32,000 bases of DNA from Nostoc sp. PCC 7120 = FACHB-418 (GTDB lineage: Bacteria > Cyanobacteriota > Cyanobacteriia > Cyanobacteriales > Nostocaceae), in contig NC_003272.1 in NCBI RefSeq assembly GCF_000009705.1, positions 4,560,001 to 4,592,000 on the forward strand, given 5' to 3'. This document shows, piece by piece, positions 6,393 to 15,145 of this stretch. Positions within the stretch are counted from its first letter, which is position 1. Each line of letters starts with the position of its first letter. The position numbers were made by a program, and so were the translations under genes. A model generated the notes under the pieces. It was not told where the DNA came from, searched no databases, and saw only the letters and a list, made by a program, of their open reading frames with translations.

Positions 6393-8579
6393 TTAGAGAG
6401 AATCGCGTAAATTTGCTAAATTCTCACGCACTCTCACAGTATTAGGATGATTCCCTCCTAAACTTCCCTCGAAAATAGTCAAAGCTTGAAGATAGAGAGG
6501 TTCGGCTTGGTCGTACTTTCCTTGGGAATCATAGAGCTTAGCCAAGTTGTTGAGGCTGATAGCGACTGAGGGATGATTGTCTCCTAGCAGGCGTTGTTTA
6601 AGTTCTAAAGCTTGGAGATACAGGGGTTCGGCTCGCTCGTAAATTCCTTGGGAATAGTAGAGATATGCCAAGTTGTTGAGGCTGGCTGCGACATCGGGAT
6701 GATTGTCTCCCAGCAGGCGTTGTCTGAGTTCTAAAGCTTGGAGATACAGGGGTTCGGCTTGGTCGTACTTTCCTTGGGAATCGTAGAGTCTTGCCAAGTT
6801 GTTGAGGCTGGTGGCGACATTGGGATGATTGTCTCCCAGCAGGTGTTGTCTGAGTTCTAAAGCTTGGAGATACAGGGGTTCGGCTTGGTCGTACTTTCCT
6901 TGGGTGCGGTAGAGATATGCCAAGTTGTTGAGGCTGGTGGCGACATCGGGATGATTGTCTCCCAGCAGGCGTTGTCTGAGTTCTAAAGCTTGGAGATACA
7001 GGGGTTCGGCTTGGTCGTACTTTCCTTGGGAATCGTAGAGTTCAGCCAAGTTGTTGAGGCTGGTGGCGACATCGGGATGATTGTCTCCCAGCAGGCGTTT
7101 ATGGAGTTCTAAAGCTTGGAGAAACAGAGGTTCGGCTTGGTCGTACTTTCCTTGGGAATCGTAGAGATATGCCAAGTTGTTGAGGCTGGTGGCGACATCG
7201 GGATGATTGTCTCCCAGCAGGCGTTTATGGAGTTCTAAAGCTTGGAGATACAGGGGTTCGGCTTGGTCGTACTTGCCTTGGAAATAGTAGAGTTCAGCCA
7301 AGTTGTTGAGGCTGGTGGCGACATCGGGATGATTGTCTCCCAAACGGTTTTGTACTGTTGATAAACACTGTGTTTTCCAAGGTTCGGCTTGGCTATATAG
7401 CCCTTGTCCTTGATAGAAGCTACCCAAGCCGACGAAAGGCAAAATGAAATTTTCATCACTGACGTATTGAATGAGATTGTTTGCTACTTCAGCTATGTGT
7501 GGTATGGCAAGGGAAACAGCGTTAATTTTTTCAAGGGTAGGAGTCTGAGGAATTTGTTTAGCAACTGCTACTATTACACCGCAAAATGATCGCCTAAATT
7601 CCTCCGCTTGCTCTAAACCTGTAAACTTAGATTGGAAAAATTCCCGCAGTAGGGGATGTAGTTGATAGATTCCTTCACCTTTGCGCTGGAGTAAATGCAG
7701 ATTCAATAATTTATCATCCCGAATTTCCTCTAACTCATCCTCATCTTTCTCTGGTAAGCACTGTTCTACTAAGTTCCAGGGTATGGGTGCGGCTGCAAAT
7801 AAACTAAGTACACAGCCTAATAACCTATCATCCTCTGCTAATTCCTGCCAACTCAACACAAAGGCGGCTTGCACTCCCCTTTGTGCTGTCATATCAGCAT
7901 CTGGCTTGACAAGTGCAGGTTGTTCTAATCGCTTTTTCTCCAAACGCTGCATCATTGCTGATAAGGATAAATCTGGTTTTCGCGCCAAATATCGCCCCAC
8001 CAACTCTAAACCCAAAGGCAAATACCCCAGCCATTCGCACAACTGTTTTGCTACATCTAATTCTCTCTCAATTCGCTCTGGTGTTTCTGCCAGCAAAGAC
8101 CGTAACAACTGCAACGCTGCATCTGGTTGTAATACATCTAAAGATAGTTGCTTGATGGCTGCACCCAACTTTTGGCGGGTAGTCATCAACACTTTAAATC
8201 TGGAAGATGCGCCCTGTAGGTAAGGTCTGATTTGCTGATAATCTGTAACATCATCCACCACTAGCAGCACATTACCCTCACGCCAATTCCGCCAGCAGTA
8301 TTGTACTTGTGCAGGTAAATCAAATTCTTCTGGTGGCTTTAAATCAAGCTGAGTTCTGGCAAACTGTACCACTTGCAAGCCCACATTCTCAGCTTTCGCC
8401 TGTAACCAGCACAGTCCACCTTTGTAGTTTTCGCGCTGAGTCATGGCATATTGCAAGGCGAGTTCTGTTTTACCCAGTCCACCCATTCCCAAAATAGCCG
8501 CAATCGCTACTTGGTTATTTTCCTGCAAAAGTTTATGGAGTTCTTGCAGTTCTTCATCGCGTCCCACAAATTTCACCAC
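6393..8579 (-). CDS. STAND NTPase: NB-ARC domain plus 7-8 TPR (42-aa, kinesin-light-chain type) repeats, NLR-like
   Basis: Walker A GMGGLGKTELA, Walker B LLVVDDV, MTTR motif, then 42-aa units NHPDVATSLNNLAxLYxxQGKYDQAEPLYLQALELxxRLLGD. The track start is a GTG at 8579. The first ATG is codon 32, inside the P-loop. See the finding on the in-frame TGA. Confidence 0.9.
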   Translation of the reverse strand: MVKFVGRDEELQELHKLLQENNQVAIAAILGMGGLGKTELALQYAMTQRENYKGGLCWLQAKAENVGLQVVQFARTQLDLKPPEEFDLPAQVQYCWRNWREGNVLLVVDDVTDYQQIRPYLQGASSRFKVLMTTRQKLGAAIKQLSLDVLQPDAALQLLRSLLAETPERIERELDVAKQLCEWLGYLPLGLELVGRYLARKPDLSLSAMMQRLEKKRLEQPALVKPDADMTAQRGVQAAFVLSWQELAEDDRLLGCVLSLFAAAPIPWNLVEQCLPEKDEDELEEIRDDKLLNLHLLQRKGEGIYQLHPLLREFFQSKFTGLEQAEEFRRSFCGVIVAVAKQIPQTPTLEKINAVSLAIPHIAEVANNLIQYVSDENFILPFVGLGSFYQGQGLYSQAEPWKTQCLSTVQNRLGDNHPDVATSLNNLAELYYFQGKYDQAEPLYLQALELHKRLLGDNHPDVATSLNNLAYLYDSQGKYDQAEPLFLQALELHKRLLGDNHPDVATSLNNLAELYDSQGKYDQAEPLYLQALELRQRLLGDNHPDVATSLNNLAYLYRTQGKYDQAEPLYLQALELRQHLLGDNHPNVATSLNNLARLYDSQGKYDQAEPLYLQALELRQRLLGDNHPDVAASLNNLAYLYYSQGIYERAEPLYLQALELKQRLLGDNHPSVAISLNNLAKLYDSQGKYDQAEPLYLQALTIFEGSLGGNHPNTVRVRENLANLRDSL
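6396..7340 (-). repeat. Array of near-identical 126-bp coding repeats (TPR units of the NLR-like gene)
   Basis: Long identical DNA stretches recur with a 126-nt period (ggttcggcttggtcgtactttccttgggaatcgtagag..gccaagttgttgaggctggtggcgacatcgggatgattgtctcccagcaggcgtt). Confidence 0.85.
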
Positions 8580-8648
8580 CCCACTCAGGGGTAAATTTTG
8601 CGGTATTTCAGGATTTAACCTTACCCGTTCCTGTTCGGGCGACTGTAG

Positions 8649-9107
8649 TCAGTTGTATGTGTTGTGCTGTTCCTGAATTGTGATTTGTTGGGCAACCATT
8701 GCCCCTTTTTCCGCTTGGATACTTTCTGCTAACTTGGCAAAGTTATTAACAATTGCTGGCTGCGCTTGAATTTCTGCGGATAATTTTTGAATTTCCTCAG
8801 CCTTGGGGGATTTATCTTGATTGATTGTGGCTTCTACTTCCCGCACTGATTGAGCAATTTCGGTGTCTTTATCGGCTGCGGCTTTCAACTCCAACACAGC
8901 TTGACCATAATCTAACGCCTGCTGTGTGTCTTCCTGTGACGTATTGGCTAACAAGGGCAGCTTATTTTTCTGGCGCAGCTTGGCGATTAACTCGTTACTT
9001 TTTTCTAATGCTGCTTCCCCCAGCTTTTCGCCTGTTTTTTCTAAAGCCTTAGTTAAAACTATAGTAGCGATCGCAGTTCCTACGGCTGTTAAGGTTACTG
9101 GTTCCAT
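8649..9107 (-). CDS. N-terminal helical domain ORF of the NLR-like locus (152 aa), hydrophobic N-terminal helix, possible membrane-targeting effector
   Basis: Same reading frame as 6393..8579. It starts MEPVTLTAVGTAIATIVLTKALEKTGE, continues with amphipathic helices, and ends ..QQITIQEQHNTYN at the TGA at 8651..8649. Confidence 0.6.
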   Translation of the reverse strand: MEPVTLTAVGTAIATIVLTKALEKTGEKLGEAALEKSNELIAKLRQKNKLPLLANTSQEDTQQALDYGQAVLELKAAADKDTEIAQSVREVEATINQDKSPKAEEIQKLSAEIQAQPAIVNNFAKLAESIQAEKGAMVAQQITIQEQHNTYN

Positions 9108-9191
9108 AACTTAACAATAATAATACGAGATTATACTTATGTTTCACAGTTTAGCGCATTAAGAAACGTCGAGTTTGGAACCTAACCCCAA

Positions 9192-9288
9192 CCCCTTCCC
9201 TACAAGGGAAGGGGCTAAAAGTGGAGAATTTAGTGAAAAAATAACGGTTTTAAGCCTCTCCCCGCGTCGGGGAGAGGTTGGAGAGGGG
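9192..9288 (+). repeat. GC-rich hairpin small dispersed repeats
   Basis: One perfect 10-bp stem, ccccttccct-aca-agggaagggg (9192..9214). One 9-bp stem, cctctcccc-gcgtc-ggggagagg (9255..9277), followed by ttggagagggg. Same family as 6128..6162. Confidence 0.75.
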
Positions 9289-9300
9289 TTCTTAATTTCG

Positions 9301-11748
9301 CTACCGATGAGCTAACCGACGCAATAACAGAGAGTTAGTCACTACACTAACTGAGCTGAATGCCATCAGTGCAGCTGCACCGGAAGGACTGAGGACAAAA
9401 CCCCAGTTGGGCAGCAGAACACCTGCGGCTAGAGGGATACCGATGGTGTTGTAGGCGAAAGCCCAGAATAGATTTTGGCGGATTTTGTTGAAGGTGGCGC
9501 GGCTGAGATGAATTGATTCCACGACATCACTAATGCGATCGCGCATCAAAACAATCTGTGCGGTTTCCATTGCTACATCTGTACCTGAGTGTAAGGCAAT
9601 ACCTACGTCTGCTTGAGATAACGCCGGGGCATCGTTGATACCATCGCCAACCATTGCCACTTTAGCGCCAGATTTTGTTTGTAGTTCTTGAATAAAGGCG
9701 GCTTTTTTGGCGGGAGGAACACCAGCCATCACATCAGCCCTATCTATACCTAGTTGTTGGGCTATGGCGTGCGCTGCTTCTGGGCGATCGCCACTTAGCA
9801 GTATTACCCTTAAACCCATCTGACGCAATTTGTCTACTGTAGTTTGGGCATCTGGTCTGGTAGTATCTTGTACACCAATCAATCCCGCCAAACTCTCCCC
9901 AATTGCCACACCAACGACGGTTTTACCTTGGGTGGCGAGCTTTTGCGCTTCCTGTTGAGCAGTTTCACTCCAAGTAATTCCATGCCAACTCAACCAATCC
10001 CCGTTACCTAACAGCACAGTTTGACCGTCAACGACAGCAGAAACACCCATTCCTGGTTCAGTATGGAAGTCTACAGCCTCTGGAATCGATAACTGTTGCT
10101 GTTGTGCAGCTTGCTGAATCGCTCTAGCTAAGGGGTGATGTGTGCCGCTTTCCACTGCGGCTGCTAGTTGTATGAGGGAATGAGAGGGGTGTAGGGGTGT
10201 GGGGAAAAGACTTCTTTCCTGTTTGGCTGTGAAACTTATTTCATCGGGACTGCCTTCTGCAAATACAAGACAATCGGTGACAACGGGATTACCTGTGGTG
10301 AGAGTGCCGGTTTTATCAAAAACTACGGTGTCTAGTTGATGGGCTTTTTCTAAAACATCGCCACCCTTGATTAATAAACCCCGTTCTGCACCTATACCTG
10401 TGCCTACCAGAATCGCTGTAGGTGTGGCTAGTCCCAAGGCACAGGGACAGGCGACGACCATGACGGCGATCGCTAGTTTTAAACTAATTAAGAGTGGGGA
10501 GTTGTTGGTAATATGAGCGGCGTGGTTCATCATCATTTCCATATCACCACCGGATACGGTGATATCTGGCCAGATGTGAGTGCCGAAGCAATACCAGAAG
10601 ATGAATGTTAATAAAGATGCTGTTAATATGCCGTAGGTAAAGTAACCTGCTACTGTATCGGCTAATTTTTGGATTGGGGCTTTGCGAGTTTGGGCTGCTT
10701 CTACCAAGGCGACGATGTGGGCGAGGGTGGTATCATTACCTGTGCGGGTGGCTTGGATAGCGATCGCCCCTGATTGGTTAATCGTTCCGGCTGTGACTAT
10801 ATCCCCTGGTTGCTTCATGACCGGCACAGCTTCCCCAGTCAACATCGACTCATCTAAAGTTGTCTGTCCAAAACGTACCTCCCCATCCACGGGGATTTTA
10901 TCACCCGGTAATACTTGCAACCATTCTCCCACCCTTACCTGTTCAGCCGGGATTTCTACAGTATTTGTTCCCAGCCCCATCTTCTCTAGGTCTGGGTTAG
11001 CAATCAATCGTGCTACTTGTGGTTGCAGTGCTAACAGTTGTCTAAATGCCGCCGCCGCCTTACCTCTGGCTTGTTGTTCTAAGGTTCTGCCCAACAAAAT
11101 AAACCCCAGCATCATCACTGGTTCATCAAAGAAGCACTCCCAACCCATTTGCGGAAACAGCAGCGCCACAACGCTGGCTGTGTAGGCTGTCAGCGTTCCC
11201 AATCCCACCAAGGTATTCATGTTAGGTGCATTCCGCCGCCAACCAAGCCACCCATCAACTAAAATAGGGCGACCGGGAATTAGTAAGGCAACTGTTGCTA
11301 GTCCAAAGTGGAACCAAATGTTATTTAATATGGGCAGAATTGAATTGCCAATGTTGCCCAAATGCCCGATCCCCGAAAAGACCAGCAGCACAGCAGCAAT
11401 CATTAACTGCCGGAATGCTGTCTGCATTTGTTGGCGTTGTCTTGCGGCTGAGTCTTCTATTGTTGATTCACTTGCCTTACTGTTGGCTTTTCGCGGTTGA
11501 GTAGGAAATCCAGCAGATGTCAATCGCTGTGCCAACATATCTGGATCTACCAGACCGACTTCCGACTCTACCACCGCTACCTCTGTAGCCAAATTCACAC
11601 AGGCGTTCTTCACACCTGAATATTGGGTGAGCTGTCGCTCTACTGCCTTTACACACCCAGCACACTTCATCCCTCCGACATCCAGAATAATTTTCTCTAG
11701 TGTGGGGGTGAGTTCTGGGTCAAGCTGAGTTTGTGGGACAAGTTGCAT
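9301..11748 (-). CDS. Heavy-metal (Cu+-type) translocating P1B-type ATPase, CtaA/PacS-like
   Basis: 815-aa ORF. N-terminal HMA domain GMKCAGCVKAVERQL, TM CPC motif (VVACPCALGLATP), phosphorylation site DKTGTLT, HP motif (THHPLA), hinge MVGDGINDAPAL. Confidence 0.95.
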   Translation of the reverse strand: MQLVPQTQLDPELTPTLEKIILDVGGMKCAGCVKAVERQLTQYSGVKNACVNLATEVAVVESEVGLVDPDMLAQRLTSAGFPTQPRKANSKASESTIEDSAARQRQQMQTAFRQLMIAAVLLVFSGIGHLGNIGNSILPILNNIWFHFGLATVALLIPGRPILVDGWLGWRRNAPNMNTLVGLGTLTAYTASVVALLFPQMGWECFFDEPVMMLGFILLGRTLEQQARGKAAAAFRQLLALQPQVARLIANPDLEKMGLGTNTVEIPAEQVRVGEWLQVLPGDKIPVDGEVRFGQTTLDESMLTGEAVPVMKQPGDIVTAGTINQSGAIAIQATRTGNDTTLAHIVALVEAAQTRKAPIQKLADTVAGYFTYGILTASLLTFIFWYCFGTHIWPDITVSGGDMEMMMNHAAHITNNSPLLISLKLAIAVMVVACPCALGLATPTAILVGTGIGAERGLLIKGGDVLEKAHQLDTVVFDKTGTLTTGNPVVTDCLVFAEGSPDEISFTAKQERSLFPTPLHPSHSLIQLAAAVESGTHHPLARAIQQAAQQQQLSIPEAVDFHTEPGMGVSAVVDGQTVLLGNGDWLSWHGITWSETAQQEAQKLATQGKTVVGVAIGESLAGLIGVQDTTRPDAQTTVDKLRQMGLRVILLSGDRPEAAHAIAQQLGIDRADVMAGVPPAKKAAFIQELQTKSGAKVAMVGDGINDAPALSQADVGIALHSGTDVAMETAQIVLMRDRISDVVESIHLSRATFNKIRQNLFWAFAYNTIGIPLAAGVLLPNWGFVLSPSGAAALMAFSSVSVVTNSLLLRRLAHR

Positions 11749-11893
11749 GGCAAGTGTTGAGATTCGCTACGAAGATTAGACACTTGATGATAAGCATCTC
11801 TACTTCGAGCGTAGGCGAAATTTTGAACTATGACTGATTGTCATTACCATTTATTTTATTAAGATATGGCACTCATCTCACGTTTTTGGGTCT

Positions 11894-11937
11894 GGGGATG
11901 GGGGAAGGCAGGGGAAGAACTAATGACCAATGACTAT
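11894..11937 (+). repeat. Composite G-tract/heptamer intergenic repeat
   Basis: Reads ggggatgggggaaggcaggggaagaactaatgaccaatgactat. Confidence 0.6.
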
Positions 11938-11946
11938 TGTTTGGTG

Positions 11947-12117
11947 TTAATTACGACTCCATTTTGTCGTTTTTACGTAGGCGATCGCTACCATTTGCAC
12001 TGGTATAAAGGCAATCAGGCTTTTCCAAAAATAGTGAATTTCTAAGTTAGACATAGCACTGAAATACCCCACACCCACCAACAAGCACATAGCCCAAATC
12101 ATGTGTTTCCGTTTCAT
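11947..12117 (-). CDS. Small hydrophobic protein (about 56 aa)
   Basis: The track ORF runs 11947..12222, but its first 35 codons are a translation of the composite repeat. The internal start MKRKHMIWAMCLLVGVGYF.. at 12117 is more plausible. Two hydrophobic segments. Confidence 0.35.
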   Translation of the reverse strand: MKRKHMIWAMCLLVGVGYFSAMSNLEIHYFWKSLIAFIPVQMVAIAYVKTTKWSRN

Positions 12118-12145
12118 TATCAGTATATTGATTGGGATGAAGAAA

Positions 12146-12230
12146 GCAGGGGAAGAACAATTCAAAAAAAGAGTGAGGAGCAGGGGAAGATTAATGATTA
12201 ATGACAACGGACAACTGACCACTGACTAAT
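12146..12230 (+). repeat. Composite G-tract/heptamer intergenic repeat
   Basis: Reads gcaggggaagaacaa ... gagcaggggaagattaatgattaatgacaacggacaactgaccactgactaat. Confidence 0.6.
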
Positions 12231-12506
12231 TTAAAACCAACTTTGTTTATTCACTAAATAAGTATTGACAAATTCTTCAGGGGTTTTGTTTAAGTAGATC
12301 ATGCCTTCAATTAATCCTACCAGTTGCATAATTAACAAAGTAATTCCGTAGGAAAAAGAACCACCAACTAAGGTGATCACTAACATAACGAACCCTTCGG
12401 CGGCATAGCCTAAAATGAATTTATGAATACCAAAGCCACCAAAAATAATGCCACAGTAACCAGCTAGTAATTGTTTGTTGGTTTGAGTAGGGTTAAGATT
12501 TGCCAT
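12231..12506 (-). CDS. TM2 domain-containing membrane protein
   Basis: 91-aa ORF with two TM helices and the TM2-type motif LLAGYCGIIFGGFGIHKFILG. Confidence 0.8.
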   Translation of the reverse strand: MANLNPTQTNKQLLAGYCGIIFGGFGIHKFILGYAAEGFVMLVITLVGGSFSYGITLLIMQLVGLIEGMIYLNKTPEEFVNTYLVNKQSWF

Positions 12507-12559
12507 AGGTAGGTTACTCCTAAAAAATAGTATAAAATTACAGTTTTTATTGCATTTGG

Positions 12560-12686
12560 AACTTACGCACCCAAGTTGTCTGTTGAGACTGGGTGTAAGG
12601 GTGTAAGGTTTTTAAACATTTACACGCCTATACCCTTGCCTAAACCCTTGTCCAAAGCCTTAAATTTTTATTTTCATGCGTAAGTT
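12560..12686. repeat. MITE-like element bounded by perfect 10-bp terminal inverted repeats
   Basis: aacttacgca (12560..12569) is the reverse complement of tgcgtaagtt (12677..12686). The 107-bp interior has no ORF. Confidence 0.4.
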
Positions 12687-12826
12687 ATAGTATTAATTTT
12701 TCAAAAACATACTCACCTAGTAAACATATTTTTACTTAGTTATTAGTTGGCTTTTTTACTATATAGCTGTCGCCAATAGTGTTAGGACATCAATAGATGA
12801 TACAACCTAGACACAAAAAGACTTTT

Positions 12827-12846
12827 CCCCCAGTCCCCAGTCCCTA
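12827..12846. repeat. STRR heptamer repeat CCCCAGT
   Basis: Reads ccccagtccccagtccctag. Confidence 0.6.
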
Positions 12847-13372
12847 GCTATATCGCCAGAAAACAGTCATCTGCCATAAACATAGGTGACATCTTTATGA
12901 TATGAGACATCGCCTGATTCTATAGTGTTCCTACATAGCTAGATATAATGCTAATTACATAAACTAAAACATAAGTATTACAGTATTTTGAGAAAAATTA
13001 ATCTTTCGAGAGAATTAATTCACATTAGTCAGTGAAAATGCCTGTAATATATCACTTTCTACAAGTACATCAGTGTTATCTCCGGATTTTTTGGAGACTG
13101 TTACAAGTAAGATGATAATCTCTCATAGAAATTACCTTTGTTTGGTATAGTATCAAATCAATGATTCAGCTAAAATTAAGTCATCTAACTACTTATGGGG
13201 AGAGATATAACTTAAATCTTTATTTAGTTGTCAGCTGCTGTAGGGTCAGGTGAGGATTGAATGGGTAAGTTAATGAATAACTATGTCTATTTATCTAAAT
13301 GATACTCAAAGTCCATCCAGAGTTTTGTAATCTATTTAACAATATGCGTAGTAATAGTTTTGTTACGCCATG

Positions 13373-13518
13373 TAGGGTGCGTCAGTAAGATAGAATCTGA
13401 CTATACTCAGACATTATTCATACTGACCAAAGAGGCAGGTGAGCAGGGGGAAGGGAACAGAGGAGAAGTCCCTACCCTTGTCTCACAGATCCCTGTTCCT
13501 CTTCTTTGACGCACCCTA
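13373..13518. repeat. MITE-like element bounded by perfect 12-bp terminal inverted repeats
   Basis: tagggtgcgtca (13373..13384) is the reverse complement of tgacgcacccta (13507..13518). The interior carries a G-tract module (gcagggggaagggaacagaggagaag). Confidence 0.45.
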
Positions 13519-13558
13519 GCAAACCATCTATTTCGGATAATTTATTTTTTGGTGTTGT

Positions 13559-15145
13559 CTAATTACTACTACCTAAGAGAAACAGACTGAGTAGTGTGCC
13601 ACTATTCCAGAGACTATGGAGAAGTATAGGAGCCAGGAGGTTACGCGATCGCGTGTATACTACTCCTAAAACGATACCTAAAGCTGTGAGTGGCAGTATT
13701 TCTGACAAACTGAGGTGGGCGACGGCAAACAATACAGCACTGGCTATGATTGCTCCCCAAACGGGTATGTAACGCGTCAAGGAAGGTAATAAGAATCCGC
13801 GAAACAGAACTTCTTCAAATAAAGGAGCAGCGATCGCAGCTGTCACGTAAAATATGCTCAATGCTGTAAAGTCTTGGCTTTCCAGTGCCAGTTGTAATAG
13901 AGGATTGCTACCACCCTGTCCTTGCCATAGCTGTTGATTAATCAAAGACACAATCACAACTATTGGTAAAGCTGCACAATAACCACCTAGTCCCCAGAGA
14001 AACCAATTATCTCGCAGGCGGAAACGAAACCAATATTGGGGTAACGGGAAAAAACGTTTAATTGAGAAATATAAGACTGATAGCGCGCCTGAGGCTACCA
14101 ATAGATAACTGATGAAGACGGAAATGGCTTGTAGTCGGACATCAACGATGGGGCGAGGTATGGGGAGTAGCACCAACAAGGAAGGAACAAAAATTTGCCC
14201 CATGAAGAAAAAGCCCACAACAAAAACCAAAAGAATTGTTTCTACATCCCAAGGTGTTGACCAAGCTAACTCAGCATTCTGTCCCAACAAGGCTTCTTTT
14301 CCCTTGATCAAACGTTGAGCAATTAAGAAAATTAACAGTATCGTTCCTACTAACGCTGCTAGGCTAGGAACAGTTGCGATCGCCGCTAATTTAAATACAG
14401 CTTGAGCCGCAGCCTCTTGCTGTGTCGATTGTACTTGTGTTAAAGCGTCTTGTCGTTGCTGGAGTTGGTAAAGCTGAATCAAAGCTGTGGAGCGAAACCA
14501 GCCTTCTAAATTATGCTGGATTAACTGTTGAGCATCGGGAAACAGTCGTGGGGGATCACTCCACAGTCCACTCAACACGGCCGCAGTTTGCTCAATTTCT
14601 GTGCTGAGTTCTAAAGTGTCTGAACGCTTTTGTAATTCGCTCCAAGTTTTGATGGCTGTTTCTATCTGTCCTTGCTTTGCCTGCAAAATTCCTAGTTTTA
14701 AGTCTAATTCAGCCGAAAATTTTTGCAGTTCCTGGAGAGATTTCTGCAATTGCTTTTCTTTGTCATTACGAGAAGTATTTGTGGTAGGAGGAACGTCTGG
14801 TAAGGGTTTAGGCGGTGCAGGATTTTGGGATGAAGAACGCAGTTGTGCAAGTTGGTTTTGAGTTTTCGTCAAATTGGTTTGCACAGATTGACGGGTTTTT
14901 TCATATTCCTTGGTAGCGTTTTCCAGAGGTTTTTCCCCCAAAATTGCCTCTTGAATTACTTGGGGGCTATCATCGTTGCTATCCTCTGGTTGCCAAGCTT
15001 GTGCTTGCAGGGCAATATTAGTTTGGTATAGTTCCAAACGACTTTGAAACTGTGGTTCTTGCAAACTACCAAATAAAGACGAAACTGCTAAAAAAGCCGC
15101 TATCGGCGTGAGTACAAAAAATAAAACCAACCGCTTGATGGTCAT
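13559..15145 (-). CDS. CPBP-family (CAAX/Abi) intramembrane glutamic endopeptidase with a long N-terminal coiled-coil extension
   Basis: 528-aa ORF. An N-terminal TM helix is followed by about 230 aa of Q/L-rich helical region and a polytopic C-terminal half. CPBP motifs present: EEVLFRGFLL, FAVAHL, HSLWN. Confidence 0.85.
   Translation of the reverse strand: MTIKRLVLFFVLTPIAAFLAVSSLFGSLQEPQFQSRLELYQTNIALQAQAWQPEDSNDDSPQVIQEAILGEKPLENATKEYEKTRQSVQTNLTKTQNQLAQLRSSSQNPAPPKPLPDVPPTTNTSRNDKEKQLQKSLQELQKFSAELDLKLGILQAKQGQIETAIKTWSELQKRSDTLELSTEIEQTAAVLSGLWSDPPRLFPDAQQLIQHNLEGWFRSTALIQLYQLQQRQDALTQVQSTQQEAAAQAVFKLAAIATVPSLAALVGTILLIFLIAQRLIKGKEALLGQNAELAWSTPWDVETILLVFVVGFFFMGQIFVPSLLVLLPIPRPIVDVRLQAISVFISYLLVASGALSVLYFSIKRFFPLPQYWFRFRLRDNWFLWGLGGYCAALPIVVIVSLINQQLWQGQGGSNPLLQLALESQDFTALSIFYVTAAIAAPLFEEVLFRGFLLPSLTRYIPVWGAIIASAVLFAVAHLSLSEILPLTALGIVLGVVYTRSRNLLAPILLHSLWNSGTLLSLFLLGSSN

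Noticed and set aside
6396-7340. Regular 126-bp periodic repeats that could be mistaken for a CRISPR-like array
   Set aside because: The period and the content lie entirely within an open reading frame encoding TPR units, and there are no unique spacers. The same reasoning applies to the 273-bp repeats at 15285..16094.
7235-8676. Multiple antisense or overlapping ORFs inside the NB-ARC gene (for example 7681..8223 and 7913..8155). Similar ones lie inside the ATPase (10682..11185, 11219..11504), the GTPase (16981..17481), trpB (25806..26162) and HerA (30261..30623).
   Set aside because: They are shadow ORFs within long genes that carry unambiguous conserved motifs on the other strand or frame. 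Their sequences are Ser/Cys/Arg-rich and have no motifs.
8649-9107. Two-gene amyloid-signalling (BASS-type) architecture, in which a motif at the C-terminus of the effector is repeated at the N-terminus of the NLR
   Set aside because: The 23 residues between the TGA and the NB-ARC (LQSPEQERVRLNPEIPQNLPLSG) do not repeat the C-terminal segment of the upstream ORF (AMVAQQITIQEQHNTYN). The shared frame and the missing start codon fit an interrupted fusion better.
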